Below are positions 24,697-36,520 of a DNA stretch of 64,000 nucleotides, one piece after another. The translations under genes were made by a program, and so were the position numbers. This DNA is from Mobula hypostoma (Eukaryota): positions 8,494,001 to 8,558,000 of the forward strand of contig NC_086098.1 of NCBI RefSeq assembly GCF_963921235.1. Direction: 5' to 3'. The notes under the pieces are model-generated. The model saw only the letters and a list, made by a program, of their open reading frames with translations, was not told the origin of the DNA and ran no database searches. Each line of letters begins with the position of its first letter. Positions within the stretch are counted from its first letter, which is position 1.

Positions 24697-25788
24697 GAAC
24701 CAGTCCTGGGCCCAGCACGAAAGTGCAAATGAGAAGAAAGGACAGCAGAGTCTCCACTTCCTTAGAAGTTTGCAAAGATTAGGCATGACATCTAAAACTT
24801 TGACAAATTTCTATAGATGTGGAGTGGACAGTTTATTGAGTGACTGCATCACAGCCTGGTATGGAAACACTAATGCCCTTAAACAGAAAATCCTACAAAA
24901 TGTGGTGAATACAGCCCAGTCCATCACAGGAATAGCTCTTGGGACCTCAGAGACTCCATCTTCCTCTCACCGCACCATCCCTGAACACCCCAAACCTCCC
25001 TTCCCCTCAGACACTACCAAACCATTTCCCCTTCCAATCCCAGCTCTCATCAGTGCCAGGTCTTCACCATTCGCTCTGACCTTCCCCTCTCTGAGGCAGG
25101 ACATTCTGTCCTCAGTAAGAGCCTCACCTTTGTCCCTCCGCGCCCACACCTCAGTGCGTTCCGCACCCACCACCACGCTGAATCTTCTTCCGCTGCCTCT
25201 GTCTCCGAGCCTGCTTCTTGGCCCAAAACATTGACTGTACTCATTTCCATAGATGCTGCCTGGCCTGCTGAGTTCCTCCAGCATTTTGTGTGTGTGTTGA
25301 CACGAAAAGACTTCTCCATCATTGAGCAAAGAGCATTGTTGCAGGAAAGCAGCATCCATCATTGGGGACCCCCCCACTGATGGCATGTTCTCTTCTCACT
25401 GCTGCCATCAAGATGAAAGTACAGGAGCCTCAGGGCTCACACCACCAGGTTCAGGAATAGTTACTACCCCTCAACCAGCAGGCTCTTGAACCAGTAGGGA
25501 TAACTTCTCTCAACTTGACTTGTCCCATCATTGAAATTTCCCACAACCAGTGGACTCACTTTCAAGGACTCTTCATCTCAGGTTCTCGATATTTATTGCT
25601 TATTTATGTATTTATTACGAACGTTTCATCTTTTTGAGTTTATAGTTTGAGTTTATTGTCTTTTGCACACTAGTTGAATGCCCAAGTCGGTATGGTCTTT
25701 CATTGATTCTATTGTGGTTATTATCCTATTCGGGATTTATTGAGTATGCCCACAAGAAAATGAATCTCAGGGTCGTATATGATGACAG
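24697..25788 (+). mobile_element. Rex1/Babar-type LINE 3' part, interrupted by Penelope-derived sequence (~24931-25300)
   Basis: QQSLHFLRSLQRLGMTSKTLTNFYRCGVDSLLSDCITAWYGN…AQSITG; the insert ends in the Penelope tail. Confidence 0.8.
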
Positions 25789-25835
25789 AATATCCCATTG
25801 TGGCTTTGCCCTGTGGTATCTCTTCACTTGTGTGG

Positions 25836-26060
25836 TAGAATCTTCACTCAGGGGGTCATGAGAGTGTGGAACGAGCTCCCAGCACAAGTGGTGCATGCCA
25901 GCTCAATTTCAACATTTAAGAAAAGTTTGGATAAGTACATAGGTAGTAGGGGCAAGGAGGGCTACGTACCCGGTGTAGGTCGATGGGAGTAGGCAGGTTA
26001 AGTGGCTCGCACAGACTAGATGGGCCAAAGGGCCCTTTGCTGTGCTATGTTTTTCTACAA
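25836..26060 (+). mobile_element. CR1 3' end
   Basis: FTQGVMRVWNELPAQVV…FKKSLDKY. Confidence 0.75.
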
Positions 26061-26597
26061 CCCCATTATTCAATGGCCATGTCTGCATGCGTTTATGCAC
26101 TGGGTTTCTGCCACGTAATTGGCTGATTAGATATTTGCATTAACAAACAGGCGTACTTGATAAAGTGGCCCCTGAGCGTTAGTCACTCCTGCACACTTCG
26201 TCATCATCATCCGAGAGCTCATAACAACAGCGGTGTCACCTGAAAATGTATAGATAACATTTGAGTTGTGGGGGGAGGGGGATGGGGAGAGCTCATGGTT
26301 CTGTAACAACGTTGTTTGACTATTCAAGGTTGTTAGCCCTGAAATGAACCTCCGAACCTGAAGGACTGTTTGGACCACTCCGAGTCTGGCCTGAACTCAC
26401 CACTTCATCAGATAAAGGTATTAAAATTTCCTTCACTAAATATGATAGAAGGTGTATTGTTGTCATACTTGTGCAGTGTCTGGTTGTAGGGGTTGTAATG
26501 GCCAGTTCCCCTTTAAGTTTCAGAGTCAATGTGTCAATTGCTACAATATCAATTTCAGAAATCTTCCTTCAATAATAAGTAGGCAGTGATAAACCAA

Positions 26598-27170
26598 ACT
26601 TACTCAAACCAATTGCACCTACTGGGGCATAGGGCAACAACAGCAGCTCAGCAGAATCCTCTGTCCCGGGCCAGACTCTCAAGTTGTCTCCAGCAGAGCC
26701 CTCTGTCCCAGGCCAGACTCTCAAGTTGTCTCCAGCAGAGTCCTCTGTCCTGGGCCAGGCTCTCAAGTTGTGTCCAGCAGAGTCCTCTGTCCCGGGCCAG
26801 ACTCTCAAGTTATCTCCAGCAGAGTCCTCTGTCCCAGGCCAGACTCTCAAGTTGTCTCCAGCAGAATCCTCTGTCCTGGGCCAGACTCTCAAGTTGTCTC
26901 CAGCAGAGTCCTCTGTCCCGGGCCAGACTCTCAAGTTGTCTCCAGCAGAGTCCTCTGTCCCGGGCCAGACACTCAGGTTGTCTCCAGCAGAGTCCTCTGT
27001 CCCGGGCCAGACTCTCAAGTTGTCTCCAGGTGTAGCCCATCTTCTCCTTGCTGTCCCAGGGATGAGGTCTTCAGACCTTTTGTTGGTGTTTCTGTAGCTC
27101 TTGGATCTTATTGAATGGGGTTGCCCAACCCTCCTCCTTCCACAGCTGGGCTTGGAACCATTCATGACTG
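26598..27170 (-). mobile_element. RTE-clade LINE 3' fragment containing an amplified 42-bp unit
   Basis: Minus frame MGYTWRQLESLARDRGL resembles the RTE ORF C-terminus (W..L…A.DR..WR). Confidence 0.65.
26649..27029. repeat. Tandem array, 9 x 42 bp
   Basis: Unit cagcagagtcctctgtcccgggccagactctcaagttgtctc starting at 26649, 26691, …, 26985; 0-3 substitutions per unit and no indels. Confidence 0.98.
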
Positions 27171-27189
27171 AGTTAATAAAGCACAGAGT

Positions 27190-27530
27190 GTCTGATCCTC
27201 CAAGCGGACCACAGCCTCATCGTCGGGTTTGGGGGCTTGAGTGCCTCAGTGACCCGGAGAGCGATGTTGGCTGGAGTCAGGGCTTTATGCTTTGGCTCTT
27301 GGTAGGGTCACCTGTGCCAAACAGGTCAAAGGATAGAGGCCAGACTAAGAGTGGTACACCGGTCCTCCAGGTTCAGGGGTTCATTTCAGGGCTAACAACT
27401 CTGAATAGTCAAACAAAGTTGTTATAGAAGCAGCAGTGAAGAATCCTTCTACATCTGAGTGAAATGGTATTCCCAAGTCTCCACACAGGACTTGCATGAC
27501 TGACCGTAATGAAAACCAAAAGGAAGCTAT
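27190..27530 (+). mobile_element. RTE-type LINE 5' region
   Basis: gctcttggtagggtcacc…gaggccagactaagagtgg; partial inverted copy at 26297-26392. Confidence 0.55.
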
Positions 27531-27663
27531 AAAGTTATATTTTCTTTAATTCCATTTTCCTACACCTTTGCTTCAGATAAGACCTTGTTGAATAATATCC
27601 CATTGTAATGCAGTCAGTGGCTTTGCCCTGTGGTATCTCTTCACTGGGTGCAGCGAAGCACCT

Positions 27664-28300
27664 TAGATTATTAGATTAGATTATGAGGATACGCAGTCCT
27701 CGTTTATTGTCATTTAGTAATGCATGCATTAAGAAATGATACAATGTTTTTCCAGAATGATATCACGGAAACACATGACAAACCGACTTAAAAACTAACA
27801 AAAACCACATAATTGTAACATATAGTTACAACAGTGCAAAGCAATACCGTAATTTGATAAGAACAGACCATGGGCACGGTAAAAGTCTCAAAGTCTCTGA
27901 AAAGTCCCATCATCTCACGCAGATGGTGAACCTCCAGCGCCGCCAACTTGCTGATGCAGCATCCTGGAAGCATCCGACAACAGTCCAACTCCGAATCCAT
28001 CCAAAAACTCCGAGCCTCCGACCAGCTCTCCGACACCGAGCACTATCTCTGCCGAGCATTTCGACCCAGCCCCGGCAACAGGCAAAGCTGAGGATTTGGG
28101 GCCTTCGTCTCCGGAAATTCTCGATCACACAGTAGCAGCGGCAGCGAAGCGGGCATTTCAGAAGTTACTCCAGGTGTTCCTCCGTGCTTCTCACGTCTGT
28201 CTCCTTCAAATCCGGATTGTGCACGGCCCTCTAGTTAACACATAATCGATATCATTCGGAACGGCCGCATGCGCTGCGTCGCGCCGCCATCTTCTTCACC
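27664..28300 (-). mobile_element. Family A retroposon, apparently full length
   Basis: Minus-strand 5' end gaagaagatggcggcgcg…; 3' tail (aatct)n. Confidence 0.85.
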
Positions 28301-28469
28301 GCCTGCAGGTTTAGGTGAACGTCTTCTGTGGCACCTAGATACACTTTAACAGCCTGTCAAATTCAAACCTCGAAGAGCAGCAATTGTTGAATTGAGATAG
28401 TTTTCAAACTGCCAATTCATATCCATTGATACTAAATCCAAATATTGTCCGAAGCAATGGGAGTGGTGC

Positions 28470-28895
28470 CACTAGAAAGCAGCATCCATCGTCACTCACG
28501 CCATGCACTGTGGCCATCAGAGGGAGGTACAGGGTCCTGAAGTCTCACAGCACCGGAGTCAGGAACAGTTATTACTGTTCAACTATCAGGCTCCTGAACC
28601 GGTGTGGATCACTTCACTCACCTCAACACTGACCTGATTCCACAACCTGCAGACTCACTTTCAAAGATTCTACAACTCATCTTCCCAGTGTAATTTATTA
28701 TTATTACTGTTATTACTTTTTTGTTTGCCCTGTTTCTCCGCTTTTAGTTGTTTGTCAGTCTTTGTCTATGCGTAGTTTTTCATTGATTCTATTGCATTTC
28801 TTTGTTCTACTGCAAACGCCCACAAGAAAATGAATCTCAGGGTAGTATATGGTAACATTTTCGTACTTTGATAATAAATTTACTTTGCGCTTTGA
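28470..28895 (+). mobile_element. Rex1-type LINE 3' fragment
   Basis: GRYRVLKSHSTGVRNSYY.STIRLLN; tail actttgataataaatttactttg. Confidence 0.7.
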
Positions 28896-29789
28896 ACTCT
28901 GACTTATTTGGAGATTGTAGGAAGATGCGACTCTTTTGTCTTTGCATTTAGTGTCAAGCATTTTAGGTTACATGTGTCATACGCCGGAACTAATGTCACC
29001 CTTTATAGCACAGCACAGCAGGACATTATAACCTCAATCTGAACAAAGGTCTGTTCACTACACGAGCACAATATTTACATTATATACATCAGCCATCTGT
29101 TCAATTGGGACTGCCAAATTATTAGCAACTGCACAAGTTGCATGCAACATTGTGCTAAAAGCTTATATCCAGTGGGAAATGAGTTAAGATTTTTCATAAT
29201 GAATCTTAATTAGGGTACTTAACAGTCAGTAATAGGAAGAATCTTCACTTAGTCTTTCTCAGTACTTGGAAACTGGTCTCAGAGGGAAAAGACTGTTTCT
29301 CCAGTTCACTGCAGCATCAAGTTGGCTTAACGTGGATGAATCACCTCCAAGAATAATAAAAATGCCCAAATTTGAATAAATCTTTAATCGCCAGCTTTAA
29401 ATGGTGAAAAACAATTTTATCGAGACTTTAATTAAAGATGGCAACTGATTTTAGTCATGCTCTTATTACAGAGCTAAATACATTTGAAACATTTCAAGTA
29501 GATAAAATTGTGATATTTGAAAGATAAGAATGTTTTGAAAAGCTGAGTGTCAAGGCACTTTAAAATAGTTTGAAGTTGGTATGAAAAGCAACGCCATAAC
29601 CTTAATTTCACCATTTCTATTCTGATCATTTTATTTTCTAACAGTCTCTTTTATCTTTGTTGGATTTTTAATCTACAAGGTCCAATAGTTCATTTTAAGC
29701 ATTTTCATTAAAGCAAGAAATTACAGTATTTAAATTAGCAGCAATTTTCTGCAGTTATGAGCATATACTTGTTTTTCCTTCGGGCCCTC

Positions 29790-30540
29790 CTGCACCTAAT
29801 AAAGTGGCCACTGGGTGGATGGTCATGGTCGTCTGCTGCTGTAGCCCATCCACTTCAAGGTTTGGTATGTTGTGTATTCAGAGATGCTCTTCCGCACACC
29901 ACTGCTGTAATGTGTGGTTATTTGAATTACTGTCACCTTCCTGTCAGCTTGAACCAGTCTGGCCATTCTCCTCTGACCTCTCTCGTTAACAAGGTGTTTT
30001 CACCCACAGAAATGCTGCTCACTGGATGTTTTTGTTTTTCACACCATTCTCTGTAAATCAAGCAAATGGAGTTTAATGGCACAGATCAGAATGCCACTCC
30101 TACACTGAGTGGCCATTTTATTAGGGACATCCTGTACCTAATAAAAAGGCCACGGAGTGTATGTTTGTGGTTCTTCTAACATTTCCCATCAACAAGACAA
30201 TTTCACCCACAGAACCTCCACTCACTGGATTTTTTTTTTGTTTTTCACATGATTCTCTGTAAACCCTAGTGTGCTGTGCGCATTTCAAATTTCACAACAC
30301 ATGCCGGTGATAATAAACCTGATTCTGATTCTGAAAATCCCAGGGAGTCAGCAGTCTCTGAGATACTCAACCATCCCATCTGGCACCAACAATCATTCTC
30401 CTGTCAAAGTCACTTAGATCCCCATTCTGATGTTTGGCCTAAACAACAACTGAACCTCTTGACCACGTCTGCATGCTTTTATGCATTGAGTTGCTTCCAC
30501 GTGATTAGCTGATTAGATATTTGCATTAACAACTAGATAT
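29790..30540 (-). mobile_element. Tc1 derivative(s), same family as 19627
   Basis: cctaataaagtggccactg TIR motifs at 29795, 30104 and 30138; transposase HTH remnants. Confidence 0.75.
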
Positions 30541-31319
30541 AAAGTGTAGATCTGAGTTAGAAAAAAAAGACAATACTTTAATTTCACCAAAGATTATTTT
30601 CTGTGGGTTTATATTCTTATCATTTTATTCTAACAGTTTCTTTTTCCTCTCTTATATTTTTCAACTACAAGGTCCAATAGTTTGTTTTAAGCATTTTCAT
30701 TAAAGCAGGGAACTATTTAAATTAGTGAAGCAAGTTATTGCAGTTCTAAGTACAGTATATATCAGATTTGAAAACAATAAAATGCTATCGATTGTGTTAT
30801 CCTTACTGTACGTCACACTATCACATTCTGCACACAAAAGGCTGAGGAAGCACTGTCTGAAATAGCAGCTAAAATTTATGAACACCTTCCATTTTTCATT
30901 TATTAATAGGAGAATATTAAAAATGTCAAGCACAAAAGAAGGCTACCCAACTGCCCCAGACATTGTCATTTCTACCATGTGTGGTTTTGTTAAAGATCAC
31001 AACAGGATTCATGCATCAGTCATGAATGCCAAGTAGACTGAGATAGCAAGCGTAAAACACAAGGAAATATCTTCTCGTTATCAGTCTAGATATCGTGCTT
31101 GGAAATATGCATTTTGAAAAAGAAAACCTCAGATATTTTGCACATGTAATATGTATGAGTAAAAATGTCAGTGACAATGGCATTTTGCTTAAAAACCTCT
31201 GTCTATTGAGAAATGAACTCAATTACAGTTACAGTAAGATAGTAAAAGATGGTGATGATACTCTTAGCTACTTTGAAAGTAATCACACTTTTAGGGTTCA
31301 GCCGACCATGGTAACTTGA

Positions 31320-32415
31320 TGAGCTTCGTTGCAAAGTTTGCAGACGATATGAAGATAGGTGGAGGTGCAGCTCATTTTGAGGAAGCAAAGAGGCCACAGA
31401 AGGACAGAATAGAAGAACGGGCAAAGAAGTGGCAGGAAGTGGACGAAAAAATAAAAGGGTGGACTATTTTCTAAATGGAGAGACCATACAAAGAACTGAG
31501 AAAACTGAGGTGCAAGGGGACTTGGGAGTCCTTGTGCAGGAACCCCTAAAGGTTAATTTACAGGTTGAGTCTGTGATGAGGAAGGCAAATGCAATGTTAG
31601 CATTCACTTCAAGGGAACGAGAATATAAAAGCAAGGATGTAATGTTGAAGCTTTATAAAGCACTGGTGAGGCTTCACTTGGAGTAGTGTGAGCAGTTTTG
31701 GGCTCCTTATCGCCGAAAGGATGTGCTGACCTTGGAAAAGGTTCAAAGAAGGTTCGCGAAAATGATTCCAGGATTGAAAGGCTTGACATAAGAAGAGCGC
31801 TTGATGCCTCAGGACCTCTACTCACTGGAATTCAGAAGAATGAGGGGTGACCTCATTGAAACCTATTGAATATTGGAAGGCATTGATAGAGTGGAGGTGG
31901 AGAGGATGTTTCCTTTGGTGGATAAGTCCAGGACCAGAAGACACAGCCTCAGAAAAGAGGGACGTCCATTTGGAATGGAGATGAGGAGAAATTTCTGTAG
32001 CCGGAGAGTGGTAAATCTGTGGAATTTGTTACTCTATGAGGCTGTGGAGGCCAAGTCATTGGGTATATTTAAGGCAGAGGTTGATAGATTTTTGATTGGT
32101 CAGGACATAAAACGAAACAAAGAGAAGACAGGAGATTGGGGCTGAGAGAGAAATGGATAAGAAAGAGCCATTTTTTTGCATGGGCTGGGGGCAGGGGAAA
32201 AATTTAACATTATTCCATGAAGCATTGTTATGAATGGCAGAGAGAGTCTTACATCCAAGGCTACATCTTGAATCAAAAGGATCAGCAGGTAAGCAGAGGA
32301 GGCGGGGTGGCTCTGTTTGTAAAACATGAAATCAATTCCTTAGAAAGAGGTGACAGAGCTGGAAGATGTAGAATCCTTGAATGAGCTAATTCTGCTCCCA
32401 TGTCTTATGGTCTTA
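31320..32415 (+). mobile_element. CR1 LINE 3' part, degenerate
   Basis: aagtttgcagacgat (KFADD), DLGVLVQ, LYKALVRLHLE, RVVNLWN. Confidence 0.88.
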
Positions 32416-32521
32416 CACTGGACCCAGCAGAACAATATCATCAGTCCTATTCTACTCTCTTAGTTAGGAGAGGAATATCATCACAGCAAAATGCATTATA
32501 TACTCTATATTTAAAAGATGA

Positions 32522-32685
32522 GAAACACCAGAAAATCTGCTGATGCTGGAAATCCAGAGTAACACACAAGATGCTGGAGGAACTCAGCAGGTCAGGCAGC
32601 ATCTATGGAAATGAATAAACAGTCTACATTTCTGGCTGAGACCCTTCATCAGGACTGGAAAGGAAGGGGGAAGGAGTCAGATTAA
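32522..32685 (-). mobile_element. Short Penelope 3'-end copy with hammerhead motif (32621-32656)
   Basis: Minus strand AGTC-CTGATGA-AGGGTCTCAGCCA-GAAA-TG-TA-GACT. Confidence 0.75.
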
Positions 32686-33490
32686 AAAACATGGTTGATA
32701 ATGTTTGAAGATGAAGCAAAAGAAAAAAAGGAAAACTATAAAATCAGGGGAATGGTAGCATATAGGTACAGATTCAGTGAGTGGTGTTGAGACAGGGAAC
32801 TGGGCGGCTTCCCTTCACACTGTGAAAATTTATGATTCTGTCATTACCTAATGATTGTTTACTGAGCGATAAATAAAATGTAACTGTGAAAATATTCAAA
32901 TTTTGATATACCTTGTCCGTTTCAAATAACAGCCAGAGAGGGAAAGGATTCAGTCATTTGAACTGCTTGTCACATTCTTTACTAATTTGTAATTTAGTTT
33001 TATTCAGGCATACTTTATTACACACAGAGCAGTTTCATAACAGGGAAAAGATTCTAAAGGGACAAAGCTGTGATCTCTGCCATTAACCAAAGTAACTCAA
33101 ATTATTCTCTGCAATGCGGTAACTATGGATAAGAATCCCTAATCAATCCCACAGGATGTGACCATAAGGTCTTTATCTTATTTCAATCATCATTATGTAG
33201 CAAGGATAACAAGACACTAATTCATGCTTCAATTAACTGGAGAACTGAATTCATCAGGCACACGGAGGCTACTTTGCTTCATGTTCTCCCATTAACAACA
33301 TAAGCAGATTCAAGCACTAATGCGAATTTACATAGACTTCAGCACAAGAACTTTGTCTGAAGGGAGAAGCATGGACTAGGATATTTAATAGGTCCATATA
33401 TCGAAAAGACATAGGAGCAAATTAGAACATTTGGCCCATCAATTGTTCTCCATCATTCTATCAATCGCTGATTTATTATCCCTCTCAATT

Positions 33491-34200
33491 TCTTGTGCAA
33501 GATACCCTAAAGGTTAACCTGCAGGTTGAGTCGGTTGTGAAGAAGGTGAATACAATGTTGGCATTCATTTCTAGAGGTGTAGAATATAAGAGCAGGGATG
33601 TGATATTGAGGCTCTATAAGGCACTCGTGAAACCACACTTGGAGTATTGTGTGCAGTATTGGGCTCCTTATGTTAGAAAGGATACACTGACATTGGAGAG
33701 GGTTCAGAGGAGATTCACGAAAATGATTCCAGGAATAAGAGGGTTACCGTATGAGGAACGTCTGGCAGCTCTTGGGCTGTATTCCCTGGAGTTCAGGAGA
33801 ATGGTGGGGGGATCTCATAGAAACATTCCAAATGTTAAAAGGCCTGGACAGATTAGATATGGCAAAATTATTTCCCATGGTAGGAGATTCTAGGACGAGA
33901 GGGCATGACTTCAGGATTGAAAGATGTCCATTTAGAACTGAGATGCGGAGAAATTACTTCAGTTAGACGGTGGTAAATCTGTGGAATTTGTTGCTGCAAG
34001 CGGCTGTGGAGGCCAAGTCATTGGGTGTATTAAGGCAGAATAAGATAGGTTCTTGATTAGCCAGGGCATCAAAGGGTATGGGGCGAAAGCAGGGGAGTGG
34101 GGATGAATGGATGAAGTGAATCAGCCCGTGATTGAATGGCGGAGCAGACGATGGGCCGAATGGCCTACTTCTGCTCCTATACCTTATGGTTTTATGGTCT
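33491..34200 (+). mobile_element. CR1 LINE 3' part
   Basis: LYKALVKPHLEYCVQYWAP…ERVQRRFTKMIPG; tail ttatggtttTatggtct. Confidence 0.9.
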
Positions 34201-34238
34201 TTTTGGCAAAATCCTCTCTGTCTCCACTTTATCTAGGC

Positions 34239-34317
34239 CAGGGGTGCCCAACTTTTTTAGGCTATGGACCCCTACCATTAACCAACAGGTCCATAGGCCC
34301 CAGGTTGGGAACTGCTG
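34239..34317. mobile_element. hAT (Charlie-like) MITE with 8-bp TSD
   Basis: TIRs caggggtgcccaac / gttgggaactgctg; TSD atctaggc / atctagtc; sits in a minus-strand CR1 fragment (34205-34560). Confidence 0.8.
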
Positions 34318-34665
34318 ATCTAGTCCTTTCAATATTTCAACGACCACCCCACCCTTCATTCTTTTGAAGTCCAGCAAGTATGGACCCAGAGCCATCAAAT
34401 GCTCATGTGTTCACTCTTTCATTCCCAGAGTTATTCTCCTCTGCACCCTCTCCAATGCCAGAACATCCTTTCTTAGATAAGGGTCTCAAAACTGCTCACA
34501 ATACTCCAAGTGCACAATACTTCAAATACAAAGCCTCAGCAATGCATCCTTTCTTTTATATTCAGGTACATATCATGTAACATGTTGACACACTGAGGTA
34601 GACATGATATGGGTATCAAATTTCCTTTAATCCACAAGATCTTGCATTAATCAGATTTAATATTT

Positions 34666-34922
34666 TCTGGTGGCGTAGTGGCATCAGTGCCGGACTTCAG
34701 GACAAAAGGTCCTGAGTTCAAATCCAGTCAGCTGCCCTGCACGCTTTTCATTTGTACTGGTTACGAGCTGGTGATCTCTTTGGAAACTCATCCGGCAGAA
34801 GGCAATGGCAAACCACTGCTGTAACTTGCCTCGTACGCGGTTCCCCACTACGTCAGAGAGGCGTGGAGGGAAATTGTCCGCCAACCGGAGAAACTCCAGA
34901 TGCGACGTACCTTTCCTTTCCT
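34666..34922 (+). mobile_element. tRNA-derived SINE with RTE-like 3' part
   Basis: A box tggcgtagtgg, B box gagttcaaatcc, gaaggcaatggcaaaccac motif, tail acctttcctttcc. Confidence 0.75.
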
Positions 34923-34974
34923 GTTATATTAAAATTGAGATGTTTTAATTACATTGGAATATGCGGACAGTACA

Positions 34975-35515
34975 TACACTCAGTGACGAATTTATTAGCT
35001 ACCTGCTGTGTCTAATAAAGTGGCCACTGAGTGTGTGTTCGTGGACTTCTGCGGCTGTAGCTAGTAACTTCAAGGTTTTAAATGTTGTACATTCAGAGAT
35101 GCTCTTCTGCACACCACTGTTGTAACGTGTGGTTATTTGAGTTACTGTCACCTTCCTGTCGGCTTGAACCAGTCTGGCCATTCTCCTCTGACCTCTCTCA
35201 TTAACAAGGCATTTTTTTACACACAAAACTGCGGGTTACTGAATACTTTTATTTTCTATTTCCTAATATCCTCTTTAAACTCCAAAATGAAAACCCCAGG
35301 AGGTCAGAAGTTACTGAGATACTCAAACCATCCCTTCGGGCACCAACAATCAGAGTCAATTAGATCACATTTCTTCCCCATTCTGATGTTTGGTCTGAGC
35401 AACAACTGAACCTCTTGACCATATCTGCATGCTTTATACATTGAGTTGCTGTGTCATGGTTGGCTGATTAGATATTTGCATTAATGAAAAGGTGCATTAT
35501 AAAGTGGCCAGTAAG
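34975..35515 (-). mobile_element. Internally deleted Tc1 element
   Basis: NERGQRRMARLVQADRKVTVTQITTRYNSGVQKSISE; cactcagtggccactttatta TIRs. Confidence 0.8.
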
Positions 35516-35889
35516 CATAGGCTCGACATTATCTGATCTCTAAACCTCTTGGTCTAACAAATGGCTGCCACTATCAAATGCTAAAATGGAGTCAAAATTA
35601 TAAGAGCAAGGAAAAATTCACCACCACGTATTTTCACAAAGAACAACCTTCTTTTATGCATAGAGTTGCTGCCAGATGATTGGCTGATTAGATATTGTGC
35701 AGGTGTGCCTAATAAAGTGGCCACAGAGTGTATTAGAGCTCTTAATCCTAGCATGTAATAGAATAATTATCACAAACAGAAAACACAGGTGGCAGGAATT
35801 CTCACCACAAGAGATTAATTGGAAGCTTAAGAGGTTACAAGATTAGGAGGACCCTGGTGTTCTCTTGTTATTTAGCCAGAATGCAAGAT

Positions 35890-36520
35890 AAACACAAGAA
35901 ATTCTGCAGATGCTAGAAATCCAAAGCAACACACACACACACACATACACACACACACACACACACAAAATGCTGGAGGAACTCAGCAGCTCGGGCAGTA
36001 TCTATGGAAGTGAATAAATAGTCAATACTTCGGGCTGAGACCCTTCTTCAGGACTGGAAAGGGAGGGGGAAGATGCCGGAATAAGAAGGTGGGAGCGGGG
36101 AGAATTCCAAGTTGGGGGTGATAGATGAAACCAGGAGAGGGGGAAGGTGGGTGATTGGGGGAGATGGCATGAAGTGAGAAGCTGGAACGTGATCGGTGGA
36201 AAAGGTAAAGGGCTAAAGGAGGAGTACTCCAATAGGAGATGAGAGTGAACCTAGGAAAAGGGAAGGAGGAGGGGCACCAAAGGGAGGTGATGGGCAGGTG
36301 AAGAAAAGAGAAGAGTTAAGAGTGGGGCCAGAGTGGGGGATGAAAGAAGAGGTAATGGGGAAATGAAAAAACCACTAGAAGTTTGAGAAATCGATCTTCA
36401 TGCGATTAAGTTGGAGGCTACCCAGATGGCATAGGAGGTGTTGCTCCCTCAACGTGAGAGTGGTCTCAATGCAGCATTGGAATGGGGAATGGGATTAAAA
36501 TGGTCGATCACCGGGAAATC
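35890..36520 (-). mobile_element. Penelope 3' part with (CA)n expansion at 35930-35967
   Basis: Tail homology; decayed hammerhead at 36020-36056. Confidence 0.8.

Noticed and set aside
24659..25234. 191-aa ORF
   Set aside because: Chimera of family A tail, Rex1 RT C-terminus and an inserted Penelope fragment.
26649..27029. CRISPR array or repeat-protein gene
   Set aside because: Units are contiguous with no unique spacers, there are no cas genes, and the context is eukaryotic. The ORFs are a by-product of a stop-free 42-bp unit.
27577..27663. Host exon after a ttcag acceptor
   Set aside because: All three plus-strand frames stop within about 11 codons, and there is no convincing donor.
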